DNA from: Cyanophora paradoxa CCMP329
Taxonomy: Eukaryota > Plantae > Glaucophyta
Length of the DNA: 64,000 nucleotides
Direction: 5' to 3'
Assembly: GCA_004431415.1 (NCBI GenBank)
Contig: QPMI01000655.1
Span: 62,001 to 126,000, forward strand
The position numbers and the translations under genes are program-made. Positions 35,401 through 47,300 of this stretch are shown here, piece by piece (position 1 is the first letter of the stretch; each line of letters opens with the position of its first letter). The notes below the pieces were generated by a model. The model did not search any database and was not told the DNA's origin. It saw only the letters and a program-made list of their open reading frames with translations.

Positions 35401-38400
35401 TCGGCCCTCAAGTTCGCCCTCGACCTCAAGGGCTCGGGGGCGGAGCTCGAGCAGGGCAACTGGGCCACCCGCCGCTCTGGCAAGCCCGCCCCCGGCAAGC
35501 TCGCCTTCGCCGGGGCCGCCGGCAAGCTCGCCCTCGGCGGGGCCGCCGGCAAGTGGGGCGTCGCCCGCTCCAAGGTCAAGGGGGTGGTGGGCCTGCAGAG
35601 CGCGGCGAAGATGCTTACGCAGCGGGCGCGGAGCGCGCTGCTGAGCACGGGCCAGGCGAAGCACTGCGTGGAGCTCTGCCTCCCGAAGATGACGGTCGAC
35701 TCGGCCTCGTGCTTCTTCATCGAGCACGACACGGCGGTGCGGCGCTGGTGCCGGCGCATCGCCAAGCACGCCGCCTTCAAGAACGCCATCCGCGTCGTCA
35801 TCGCGGCGAACGCGGCCTGCATCGCGGCGGAGGCGACGGACCCGGCGAACCGGCGCGTGGCGCTGGACGTCCTGAACTACATCTTCACGGTCGTCTTCCT
35901 CGGCGAGCTGGTCGTGAAGGTGGTCGCCAAGGGCTTCCTCCTCGCCCAGGGGGCCTACCTGCGGAACCCCCTCAACTTCATCGACGCCCTCGTCGTCGCC
36001 TCCTCCCTCGCCGCCGTCGCCGTCGACGCCGGCCTCCTCCCCTCCAGCCCCTCCCTCGTCTCCCTCCGCGCCGTCCGCTCCGTCATGCTCCTCCGCCTCC
36101 TCATCCCCCTCCCCACCATGCGCGCCCTCACCCGCATGGTCCGCCGCGGCGGCGGCGTCATGCTCCGCATCGTCGTCCTCATCTGGCTCATCTGGTCCGT
36201 CTTCGGCGTCGTCGGTGCGCCGCCCCGCCCCGCCTCCTCGCTGCCCCGCGCGCCGAGCTTGGTTCGGCGCGCGCGCAGCGGTGCGGCTGCTGGGCGGGAA
36301 GTACCACCTGTGCACGGACCGGACGGTGGTGACGCGGGCGGAGTGCGTGGGGAGCTTCTTCGACGGGCAGCGGCGGGTGGAGGCGGCGCGCGAGTGGCGC
36401 CCCGCCTTCTACTGGCAGTCGCTGGACACCTTCCCCTACGCCATGCTCCACCTCTTCGAGCTCGCCACCCTCGAGCAGTTCACCCAGCAGATGCTCTACG
36501 GCCAGTCCGCCGTCGGCGTCGACATGGCGATGCGGCCCGGGCACAACCCCTCGATGGCCATCTTCTACCACGCCTTCACCTACATCGGCAACTGGTTCGC
36601 CGTCGCCATGGTCCGCCCCGCCCCCGCCCCCGGCCGTCCCTCCCCTCCACGCGCTCCCCTGCTGAGGGAGGGGGGCGGCAGATCGTGGGCACGATCGTCT
36701 TCTTCTTCGGGCGGGCGCAGCAGGCGCTCGAGGAGGGGGCGGAGGAGGACCAGCACCTCCTCTCGCGCGAGCAGGCCGAGTGGCGCGACGTCCTCCTCCA
36801 GGCCTGCGGGGCCCGCCTGCGGCCGCGCCTCCGCCTGGCGCGGGCGGGCCTCCGGGGGCAGCTGGTGCGGCTGGTGCAGGCGCCGGCCTTCGAGAAGCTC
36901 GTGCTGCTCGCGATCGCCGTCAACGTGGTGACCTTCGCCGCGCGGCGCTCGCCGGACGTGGGCGGGGGCAACCGCTCCCTCGAGGCGGTCAACGTCGCCT
37001 GCGCCGTCTTCTACTGCGCCGAGATGGCCCTCAAGGTGGCCGCCCTGGGGCCCCGCGCCTACCTCCAGTCCCGCTGGAACCGCTACGACGCCTTCGCGAC
37101 CCTCGCCGCCATCTCCTCCGTCATCGTCGAGGCCGCCGCCGAGGGCCTCGGCTCCACCAGCCCGAACCTCACCCTCCGCGGCATCCGCCTCCTCCGCATG
37201 TTCCGCTTCTTCCGCCTCTTCCTCATGTTCAAGGGCGTGAAGATGCTGGCGACGACGCTGCGGCAGTGCTTCCGGGACCTCCTCTCGATCGCGGCGCTCC
37301 TGCTCGTCGTCATGTTCGTCTACGCGAACGTCGGCGTCTGGACCTTCCGCAACGTCTCCCTCGAGGGCGCGGCGGAGGCGAGCGAGGACGCCAACTTCCG
37401 CTCCTTCCCCCGCGCCATGGTCACCCTCTTCCGCATGACCACCGGCGAGAACTGGAACTCCATCGTCCGCCCCGCTCCCCGCGCCGCCCGCCCCCCGAGA
37501 CGCCGTAACGCGGGCCGCAGATGTGGGACCACATGCGGGGCCCCGAGTCCGGGTGCACGCCGGGGGCGCCGCTGAAGGACTGCGGGACGGCGGTCTCGGC
37601 GCCGCTCTTCTTCGTGTCGTACATGTTCGTGGCGTACTTCGTGGGGAACAACCTGTTCGTGGCGGTCGTGCTGCGGGCCTTCGAGGTCGTCTCGCGGCGC
37701 CTCGAGTACGTCGTGCGGGACGTGGACCTGCGCCTCTTCGCCGAGGCCTGGGAGCGCGTCGACTTCGCGGCCACGGGCTTCATCCCCGTCGCCTGGGGGC
37801 CCCGCGCCCTCCTCATGGACCTCGGCCTCGTCCGCGGCGCCCCGCTCCCCGGCGCCGCCGCCGCCCAGGCCGCCGCCCTCAACGCCGCCAAGAAGGCGGC
37901 CGCCGCCAAGGGCGGCCCCGCCTCCAAGTACGCCGTCGTGGTGGCGGCGGCCGTGCACCCCGCCAAGGCCGAGGCCGGGGGCTGGGTGGACGTCCGCCCC
38001 ACCGTCATCGAGACCCTCAAGGAGCTGCGCTTCGTGCCCGTCGCCGACGGCCGCGTCCACTACTTCGACGTCTTCCGCGCCCTCGTCTCCCGCGTCTACA
38101 AGGCCCGCCCCCCTCCCGCCCCCCTCCCCCGCCGCCGCTGACGGGGGCGGGCAGAACCGGGGCATCGCGCTGCCGGCGCACGTGCAGCGGCAGCTCGACC
38201 GCCTCGCCGCCGGCACCTACCGCAGCCTCGCCGAGCACCACCGCCGCGCCGCCGGGGAGCGCGAGGCGCTGCGGGCCCCGCCCGGCGCCGCCCTCCTCCA
38301 CCGCCACTACGCCGCCGGCGTCATCCAGGTGCCCCTTCCCTCCCCTGCCCCCTTTCCGCGCGTGACGGGCGGGGCCGGGGCAGGCGGCGTGGCGCGGGTA

Positions 38401-38843
38401 CCGGCAGCTGCACCGGGCGGCCGGCGTACGGGACTTCTTCGGGGCCTTCCGCTTCGCGCGCGTCGTCGCCGAGGCGGACAAGGCCCGCCGCGAGGCCGCC
38501 GCCGCCGCCCGCGAGGCGGCCCGCGCGCAGCCGAAGAGCCGCCGCGCCTCGCTCCTCTCCTTCGGGTCGGCCCCGAGAAGGGCAAGGAGAAGGGCAGGTC
38601 CGTCAGGGGCCTCGAGCTCCCCAAGGCGGCGGCGGGGCGGCGGGGAGGGCGGGGCCGGGGCGGCGGGGCGCTCTCGCCGCTGGCGGGGACGACGTCCTCT
38701 CCCTCGCCTCCCTGCGCTCCGCCTTCCAGCCGGGGCAGGCGGGCGGCCCGCTCGGCGCCGCCACCCCCGGGGGGGGCCTCGACCGCCGCCGCGCCCGCCT
38801 CGTCAGCGGCGCCTCCCTCGCCCCCGCCCTCGGGCCCCGCTAG
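31898..38843 (+). CDS. Four-domain voltage-gated cation channel alpha subunit (Cav/Nav superfamily)
   Basis: Four 6-TM repeats with S4 segments (VRTIRLFRAFR; LRILHLIRLL; LRAVRSVMLLRLL; LRGIRLLRMFRFFRL), GYTSFDN, SNFDS, ANFRSFPRAMVTLFRMTTGENWNSI, DCG..S6, and IQ motif VIQ|AAWRGYR. The 3' end is approximate. Confidence 0.93.
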
Positions 38844-39306
38844 CCCGCCTTCCCTCTTCTCTTCCTGTACAACTCTAGTCAGCGCCTGCCGCCCGCGCGC
38901 CCTGTATAGCTTGCGCCCCGCAGCCCCGCTGACATCCGTAATTCGTTTCAAGCGTGTGCTGTGCATTTTCATTCGCTGTCCGTAGAGGATTTCATTCGTG
39001 CTTTTTCATTTATGCAAGAAGCTTAAGAACAGTGTGATTGCGCCCGGCCCGGCGGCCTGCGCATGCCTGCCGCCTTCTCCCTCATGGCCAGGATGCGCAG
39101 CCTTCCCCCAGCACTGCGACGGACGGGGGCTCGGAGCGCAGTGCTTTACAGATACTTTACACGCAAACAGCAAAAGAGCAAAAGCGATTATGGGATGTAC
39201 ACGGCAGACTGAGAAAGAGGTGCCCCGGGGTGCGAACGGAGCGAAGGGGCGCCGCCGGCTGCGAAAGGGGAATCGGGGAGGAGGCGGGGCAGCGGGGCCC
39301 CGCGCC

Positions 39307-40969
39307 TCAGGCGGCGAGGGCGCCGGTGCCGGAGCAGGCGTGGCAGAGCTCGACGGCGGAGCCGAAGCAGTGGGAGCAGATGCCCCCGAAGGCCGCCGCC
39401 CGGCAATGCGGGCACCGCTGCGCGCCACTCGTCAGCCGCGCGCCCCGTGCCGGTGCCGGCGCGGGCGGGCGAACCGTGTGGCCGCGGCCGGAGCAGGCGG
39501 GGCAGGGGCGGCGGGCGGGGCGGCGTGGGCGGGGTGACGCTGGCCTCGGCGCGGCGGATGAGCTGCTCGAGGAGGCTGTGGCGCTCGGGGCGCCGCCGTC
39601 CTCGCGGGCCTCGAGCAGCAGGTCGTCGATCATCTTCAGCGGCCAGCGCCCGTAGATGTACGCCATCGCGTCCGTCGGCAGCCCCGTGATCGGCGACGGC
39701 GGCCGCGCCGGCCCGCCCCGCCTTCTCCACCCGCCGCGCCGCCCGCCGCCCGCCGCCTCCTCCTCCGCCGCCGCCCGCGCCGCCTCCGCCACCGTGATCG
39801 ACGGCAGCGGCGCCGGCGTCGGCGTCGCCGAAGGGGCCGTTGGCGAGGGCGAGGGCGTCCGCGCCCCGGGCGAGGGCGTGGCCCGCGGGGGGCTCCCCAC
39901 GGGGGGGTACGCCGAGGTGACGAGGCGGTCGGCGCCGGGGGAGAGGGGCTTGGGGCCGGCGGGGGCGGCGGTGGCGGCCTCGTCGGCGATGCCGGGGAGC
40001 TCGCCGGCGCGGTAGGCGCGCTGGATCTCCTCCGTCAGCTCCTTCAGCATCCGCTGCGCGTCGATCTGCCGCCCGCCGGCCTCAGCGGCGCCGGCGCCGG
40101 CGCGGGGCGGGGAGGCCGGGGGCGGACCATGCGCCGGAGCTCGAGCTCCTCGTCGCTGCCTGCCTGCGCCGCCTCCGCCCCGACGGAGACGACTGCCGCC
40201 GCCGCCCGCCGGGCCGCCCACGCGCGGCGCACGCCCTGGCTGATCCGCAGCCGCCGCTCGAACGAGAGGCGCGCGGGGGCCGCCCCCGCCGCCTGTACGA
40301 CGGCTCGGCGCTCGGAGGCGCGGGCGCGCATCTTGGCGCGCGTCGTCTCCTCGTGCTTGAGGCCGAAGCGCGGGTTCGCGCGGCCGCGCTTCGCCAGAGA
40401 CATCTTCAGCCGCGTCTCCTCCGAGAGCTGCCGGCCCCGCAGCGCCTCCGCGCGCTTCCGCCGGTGCTCCTCCGACTGCTTGCGGCCGCGCTTTACCTCC
40501 GCCGCCTTCCTCCTGGGCTGCGGCGTGACCTGGGCAAGCGCGGGGGCACCGCCGAGTCGGCTGCTGGGCCGGCGCCGCGAGGCAATGCGCGACGCACAGT
40601 TCGTTTTGTTGCAGGAGGGTCGACGGGCTCTTCACGCGCCTTGGGCCGCGGCGGGGAGACCTGCTCGCTATGATTGAGCTACACGTGCGCCGCGGGAGAC
40701 GGGACCAGCTCACCACGGAGGGTGCCAGACGCACGACCCATGGAAGAGAAGAAGGAGAAGACACACGATCCGCGCGCGCCGCCGCTGGTGGAGGCGGCGA
40801 GGGCGAGACCACCGCCCCCCTTGACTGCACCTGCCAAGTTCGGAGCACGAGCCCCAGGCGGTCAATGAAACACGTGCAGAGCTGATCACAAGCGCTATTA
40901 CTTGTACCAGCGCACCTGGAAGGTAGGCGCGGCGGGAGCAGCGAAGAAGACTTGGCGACGAGCAATCAT
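39307..40969 (-). CDS. NUMOD3-motif protein with C-terminal DnaJ-type (CxxCxGxG) zinc finger, probably plastid-targeted
   Basis: GRKQSEEHRRKRAEALRGRQLSEETRLKMSLAKRGRANPRFGLKHEETTRAKMR, RRLRISQGVRRAWAARR; C-terminal CPACSGRG..CPHC..CSHCFG..CHACSGTG; N-terminal MIARRQVFFAAPAAP. Confidence 0.78.
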
Positions 40970-41379
40970 CCCTCGAATCGGCTGCTCGCGGAGCTGGTGC
41001 TGGCCGGCTATGCGCGAACGCAGAAGCTCAGCGGGGCCTGGCCGACTCGCTGGCCTGTCGCTCCAGTTGCCCTCGTGCAGGTGCACCAGTGCGAGTGGAC
41101 GGCTCGGCGTCGTCTGGGCGGCAGGTCGATGGTCCAGGATGCCGCTAACTCCCGCGAAGCACGCCATTGAGCAGCACCGAGTCCGGCGGCGCACGCGGCA
41201 CGCGGCTTCTAGCAATAGTGTACCCCCTAATGCGAACCAGGCTCAACCAGCAACGCGCGAAAACCAGATGGCAACCGAGCATAGCTAGTAGGATCGCAAC
41301 CAGCAACGCACTTTGAAGCAGCCGCTTCAGGCCTCGGGCCAGAAGTCGGGCGAGCGACGCCCGCAGGCCCCCGGGCGCG

Positions 41380-44300
41380 ATGCTCGGCATTCTGTTCGAT
41401 ACTATCAATAAATGTATGCTGTAAGATTCGCATTCTTTGCGCCGCGAGCCTGGTCTGACTGAAACGGCTCTCGTTCGAACAGATCTGTCCATATTCTTTA
41501 GCAACTTCAGCCAGGACAACCTGCGGCTCGGTCTCCTCAAAGGAGAGGTCGAGCTAAAGGATCTAGGCGAGCACCCTCGCCGCCCGCCTTGTCCGCAATA
41601 GCCCCCGCGCTTACAGAAGGGCCCGCCCCCGCAGAGATCAATCAGGATGTACTCCAGAACCTTATGTACATTCCGCCCATGGTTCTCGTGCGGCGTATCC
41701 ACATCTCCGCCGTGCGGGCCAAGGCTCGTCCTCCGACTCCTGCCGTTGCGAGTTCGCGTGAGACCTCATACCTTCCGCAGGTGCCGATCACTAGCTTGGG
41801 CTCGGAGCCGATCGTAGCGTACGTGGAAAGGATAGATGTGATCGCGGAGGAGCCTCCCCCGAATTTCGTGCCCATCCCGCCCTCGGCTGGCCTCAAGAAG
41901 TGCGGGCAGCGGTCGCGCCGTCGCATTCCGAGCGCGGAACGAAGTGCGCGCGCGCAGGCTGCTGGATCTCATCAAAAAAAAGCAGGCCGAACCGGCGAAG
42001 AAGCCGGATGCGGGCAAGCGCTACGGACTCGGAGAGCGCATCGGCGATGGCATCCGCATCGAGCTCGGCGCGCTGCACCTCTCGTGGACGACGCTGAAGC
42101 GGCAGTCGCTGAGCGTCGACCTCCAACACTTGTCCGTCTACGCCACCAACTCGCGCTGGCAGGTGCTTCGAGTCGCCAGCGCCCCCGCCTGCCGCGGGCG
42201 CGCCTTGACCGCGCGCTGCCGCAGGTTGTGCCGCTGAAGGACGCGCACAAGCACGTGAAGTTGAAGGGCGGGAGCGAGATCCACGTGTTCAAGGAGTGCG
42301 CGCTGCAGTCGGTCTCAGTTGTGCTGCGCCTGCCGCACACGGACGGCACCGTCGAGAACATCGCCATCGTGCAGGGCATCCCCGTCAAGACCCACGTGCG
42401 GCCGCCGAGTCCTGGGCTGGGGCAGCGTGCGGGGGCCGACGGGGGGGCGCGCGCGCAGATGACGCTGAAGCGGAAGTCGCGGGGCCTCGCGCTGGCGGGC
42501 ATCGACGTGGACGTGCACATGGAGCGGAACCTGCGCCTCGTCATCCCCCGACGCCACCTCTCCATGCTCTACCAATTCGTCTTCGTGCGCACGCCCGCCC
42601 CGCCCCCCGGGCTCCCGCACCGGCCCCGCTGAACCCGCCCCCCGCGCCAGTCTCTCCCCATCTTCGCTGCGGCGGCCGTCATGCAACAGGACAAGGCCGG
42701 CGCGGCGCAGGCGACGTGCGCGGGGCGCGGCGGGCTGGCACGCCCCGGGGCGGCTGCTCTGACGCGGGGCGCCTTGTCGCGCAGGCGGGGGGATCTGCTG
42801 GTGGAGGAGTCGGCGAAGACGTCGCCGCTGGACCTGATCCGGGCGCTGGGCGAGCTCTCCTTCAAGCTGCGCCTCTCCTCGTTCACCCTGGAGCTCCTCG
42901 ACGAGGTCGACGGCGAGGAGCACGCCATCTGCGTCGACGGCGCCGGCCTCCTCATCGGCAGCAACGCCCGCGTCGTCCCCATGCCCCGCTCCGCCGAGCG
43001 CAAGATGGTCGTTCCCCCCAAGCCCCGCGCCAGCTTCCTCTCCTGGGGCCACGGCCCCGGCGGCGACGGCGCCAAGGCGGCGCTGGGCATGCGGGAGCAG
43101 GCGGAGCACATGCTGGAGGCCGGCGGCCGCTTCGCGCTCGTGGCGCTGACGCTCACAGAGCGGTGGCCCCGGCGGGGCCCCAAGGGCCAGACGCGCCTCC
43201 TCGTCTCCATCGCGCACCCGACGCCGGAGGACGAGGCGGCGGGGGCGGCGGCGGCGGCGCGCGTGCCACCCTCGGAGGCGGGGGACCTGGCGAGCGAGGC
43301 CGGCGACGCCGACGACGGCAAGCTCTACGACGTCGCCGACACCGCCTTCGGCGCCGGCTACACCGCCCAGCAGAACCAGCTCAAGCCCCTCATGGTCCGC
43401 CCCGCCCGCCCCGCACCGCCCGCCCCGCCCGCTGCCGGTCTCAAGCGGGGCGGGCGGCAGGACGTGAAAGCGTTGTTCCGGTACCCGGCGCCGCCGGAGC
43501 CGCTCCCGATCCTCGTAGCCGACATGACCTTTCGCCACATCGAGGCGCGCTCGCCCCGCCCCCAGCGCGCGCCCCGCCGGCCCTGGGCGCTGACTCGGGG
43601 GCGGGGGCGGCAGGTGCTGGTGGAGACGGGGTGGATCATGCGGGCGGTGAACATGCTGATGGAGAGCTTCGAGCTGACCTTCGAGAAGATCAAGCTGCTG
43701 CTGAACGAGGTCTGGAAGGCGTGGATGGGCCTCCACCGCATCCCCTGCTTCTCCGTCAAGCTCGCCGTCTCGGACGTGCACCTCGTGGTGCCCATCCCGG
43801 CGGTCCTCGCGGAGCACGTGCACGCGTGCGAGATGGAGCTGCCGTGTGCGACGATGGACGCCGGGGAGGCCGGCCTCACGAGCACCGCCGAGTCCGGCCT
43901 CCGCGACTCCCTCCGCATGGTCGTCGGCTCCTTCTCCTGCGAGATCGACCCGCAGCTCATCACCAAGGGCACCGCCCCCCGCGCCGCCTCGCTGCACGAC
44001 CGCGTGCGCACCATCGAGCGGGAGCTGCGGCCCGAGGAGGGGGTGGACCTGGCGGCGGGGGAGATCCGGGAGCCGGTGTACACGCAGACGCAGCGGGTGA
44101 AGGCGCACCTGGGGTCGATGCAGGTGGGGACGCAGTTCGGGACGAACGCGACCTGGATGCCCTTCCTCGAGGTCAACGGCGTCTTCATCGAGGCCGACTG
44201 CCACTGCCTCGACTACCAGGCCCTCCAGGACCCCGTCGTCTGCCCCCCCGTGCGCCCGCCCCGCCCCGCCCCGCCTCTGCGCCCGCCGGCTCACTGCGCG

Positions 44301-47300
44301 GGGCCGGGCAGGCGACGGTGGTGCCGGGGCCGGAGGTCCTCATCCTGACGCAGGAGGTCAACATCATGTTCCGCACGCACCAGTACATCCTCCTCCGCAC
44401 CTGCATCGAGGTCGGCTGGCAGTTCCTCGAGCGCGCCTGGGAGGAGGCGGACCGGGCGGCGAGCGAGGGGCCCCCGAAGCCGGCCCCGGCGGCGGAGAAG
44501 CCGGCGGTGGGGCCCCTGCAGTGGCTCGGGGAGCACCTGGCGACGACGCTGCACGGGCAGCCGCTGGCGCTGCTCTTCATGCTCGAGATGGAGCAGTGCA
44601 AGATCGAGCTCATCAGCGACCGCGAAATCAACCGCCGCAACCCCTCCGTCCTCGAGCTCTACACCCGCGGGTCCGCCCCCGCCTGCCCCGCCCGGCGCCG
44701 GCGCGATCGCCGCCTCAACGTGGCGGGGCGGCGGGCAGGTTCGCCTTCGAGTGGCAGCAGGTGGCCAAGACCACCTGCGTAAACGCCGTCGTCTCCGGCT
44801 GCCGCGTGCGCCCCCCCGGCCCCGCCCGCCCCCGGAGCGAGCGCCCTCCCGACGCGCCGGCGCGGGCGTGGACGGGCAGATCGAGGTGCCGTCGGCGACG
44901 GGAGGCGCCCCCGCGGAGCTCTTCTCGAACGCGCGGCCGCGGCAGGCGCCGCTGCCGACCCTCACCGCCGTCTCCACCTCGACGCGCCTCATGGACCCCG
45001 GGGAGGCGGCGGCGGCCGACGCGCAGGGGAGGCTGGCGCGCGCCGCCTCGCACGACGCCGGCTTCGTGGGTCTGGGCCCCGGCAGCTTCGGGAGCGCCGA
45101 CATCGAGCCCCTCATGGTCGTCCACTTCGAGCAGGGCCTCGACGTCCGCCCCAGCCGCCCCCCCCGCCCCCCCGCCGCCCCCTCACGACCCCGCCTCAGA
45201 GCCTGCGGCGCTCCTCGCGGCCGCCGATCGCCGGCTCGGCGACGCACCTGTGGGAGGCGCCCGTCGGCACGAGCCCCGGGCACACGCGCAAGGTCACGAT
45301 GGACGGCACCGGCCCCCAGACGATGGCCGTCCCGCACCGCACCGCCAGCGTCGCAGAGCAGATCCGCGCCGCCGCCGGCTCCGCCAGCCCGCCCAAGCGC
45401 ACCCTGCGCATGCGGGTCGCCGGGCCGAAGCTCTCCGCCAACGCCGAGAAGCTCGTGCAGGCGAGGCCGCCCCGCCCCCCCCCCCCCCCCCGCCCCCGCC
45501 CCCGACGCTGAGCTTGTGGGCCCGCAGGTCTCCCGCCTCTTCCTCTCGGGCTGCAACGTCATGTTCCCGAGCCTGCAGGGCAAGGTCATGACCCTCCTCA
45601 ACCGGGTCCGACCTGCCCCGTCGCCTGCCCCGTGTCGCGCCCGCTGACGGGCCCATAGACGCTTAGCGCGGGCCAGGAGGAGTACAGGCAGCAGACCTAC
45701 GTGCAGCCCGTCGCCCGTGCGCCGCCCCGGGCACGCTGCCCGGGCGGCGCTGACGGGGCGGGCGGGGCAGCGCTGATGGGGTGGAGCATGGAGGTGCTGG
45801 GGAGCGAGACGATGATCCCGGACCTGCGGCACGACCCGCCCAAGCTCTTCGTCATCGAGGTCGACAAGGTCGCCGTCGCCGGCGTCGCCCACCCCCTCAA
45901 CATCGTCCAGGACATCGCCGTCCGCCCCGCCCCGCCCCCGCCCCGCCCCGCCCACCCCTCTCAACGAGCGCAGATCACGGGCACGCACCTCGTGCTGTAC
46001 ACCGGCGAGGCGGACGCGGGCAACTCGCCGGCGCGGCAGGCGGCCAAGCCGACGGCGCAGAAGGGGGCGGGCCTGCGGCGGACGGTCTCGGTGGTGATGG
46101 ACATGGCGCGCTCGGGGAGCAAGGGCCTGGCGCGGCAGCCGCTGGGGGCCCCGATGGACGTCCAGCTGCAGATGACGCACGAGTGGGTCGGCGCCTCCTG
46201 GCTCACCAAGATGCGCATGGCCCCGATGGGGATGGACCTCGCCGCGTCCACCTCGCAGCTCTTCTTCCTGGTGGACATCATCCGCTCGCAGCTGAGCCAC
46301 CTCTTCCGGGCCTCCTCGGGCCCCGCGATGGTGGCGGGGGACGGCAAGGACCTCGTCGCCCAGCTCGAGGCCATCTGGCGCCAGCTCTCCGACGGCCTCG
46401 CCCACATCGAGACCGTCCTCTCCTCCCCCGACGCCGCCCCGGACGGCCCCGGCCCCGCCCTCCCCCGCGCCTCCTCCATCGCCCCCGCGCTGCCCCGCGC
46501 CGCCTCCGTGCGCCGCATCCCGCCCAACTTCCGCGAGGCACAGGCCGCCCAGCAGCAGGCCGCCCTCGCCCGCGCGGGGGCCGGCGCCGGCCCCGCCCCC
46601 AGCCTCCCGCCCCTCAAGGAGGGCTACATCCGCCTCAAGGGCTCCTCCGCCTTCGCCGGCTGGAAGCGCCGCTTCGCCGTCCTCCGCCCGCCCCACCACC
46701 TCCAGCTCTTCCAGACGAGCGCCTCCGGCCAGGCCCGCCGCCCCGCCCTTCTCCCTGCTGCCGCCCGCCCGGCGCTGACAAGGGGTGCGCAGGGGCGGGT
46801 GCGGCTGGTGAAGACGGTGGACCTCGAGGGCTCCTCGACGGCCCGCGCCGAGGAGCGGGCGCAGCGGCCCGGCGTCTACCTCTTCCGGGTGACGCTGCAG
46901 CGGGGCGGCGCGCAGAAGACGAAGAGTGTGCGGGTGGACAACCGGCTGGACATGGACGAGTGGATCGCCGCCTTCCAGACCGCCTCCACCTACGCCCGCA
47001 CCCGCCCCTCCATCGTCGCCGCCGCCTTCCCCCGCGCCACCCTCGTCCGTCTCCTCCCTCCTCCCTCCACCCCCCTGCTCGTCTGCGCCTGAAGCGGCGG
47101 CGCAGGGCGCGAAGGAGGGGGCGGGAACGGGGGCGGGGGCGCCCCTCGAGTCTGTGCTGAGCGTCCGTACCCTCGCCTCGGACCCCCGCAAGGTCGCGGT
47201 GCGCCCGGAGGGGCCGAGGGGCGCCGCCGGGGGCGGGCCTGGGGCGGAGGCTGACGGCGGCGGCAGGAGATCAAGCAGTGCGTGGGCATGGCGCAGCGGC

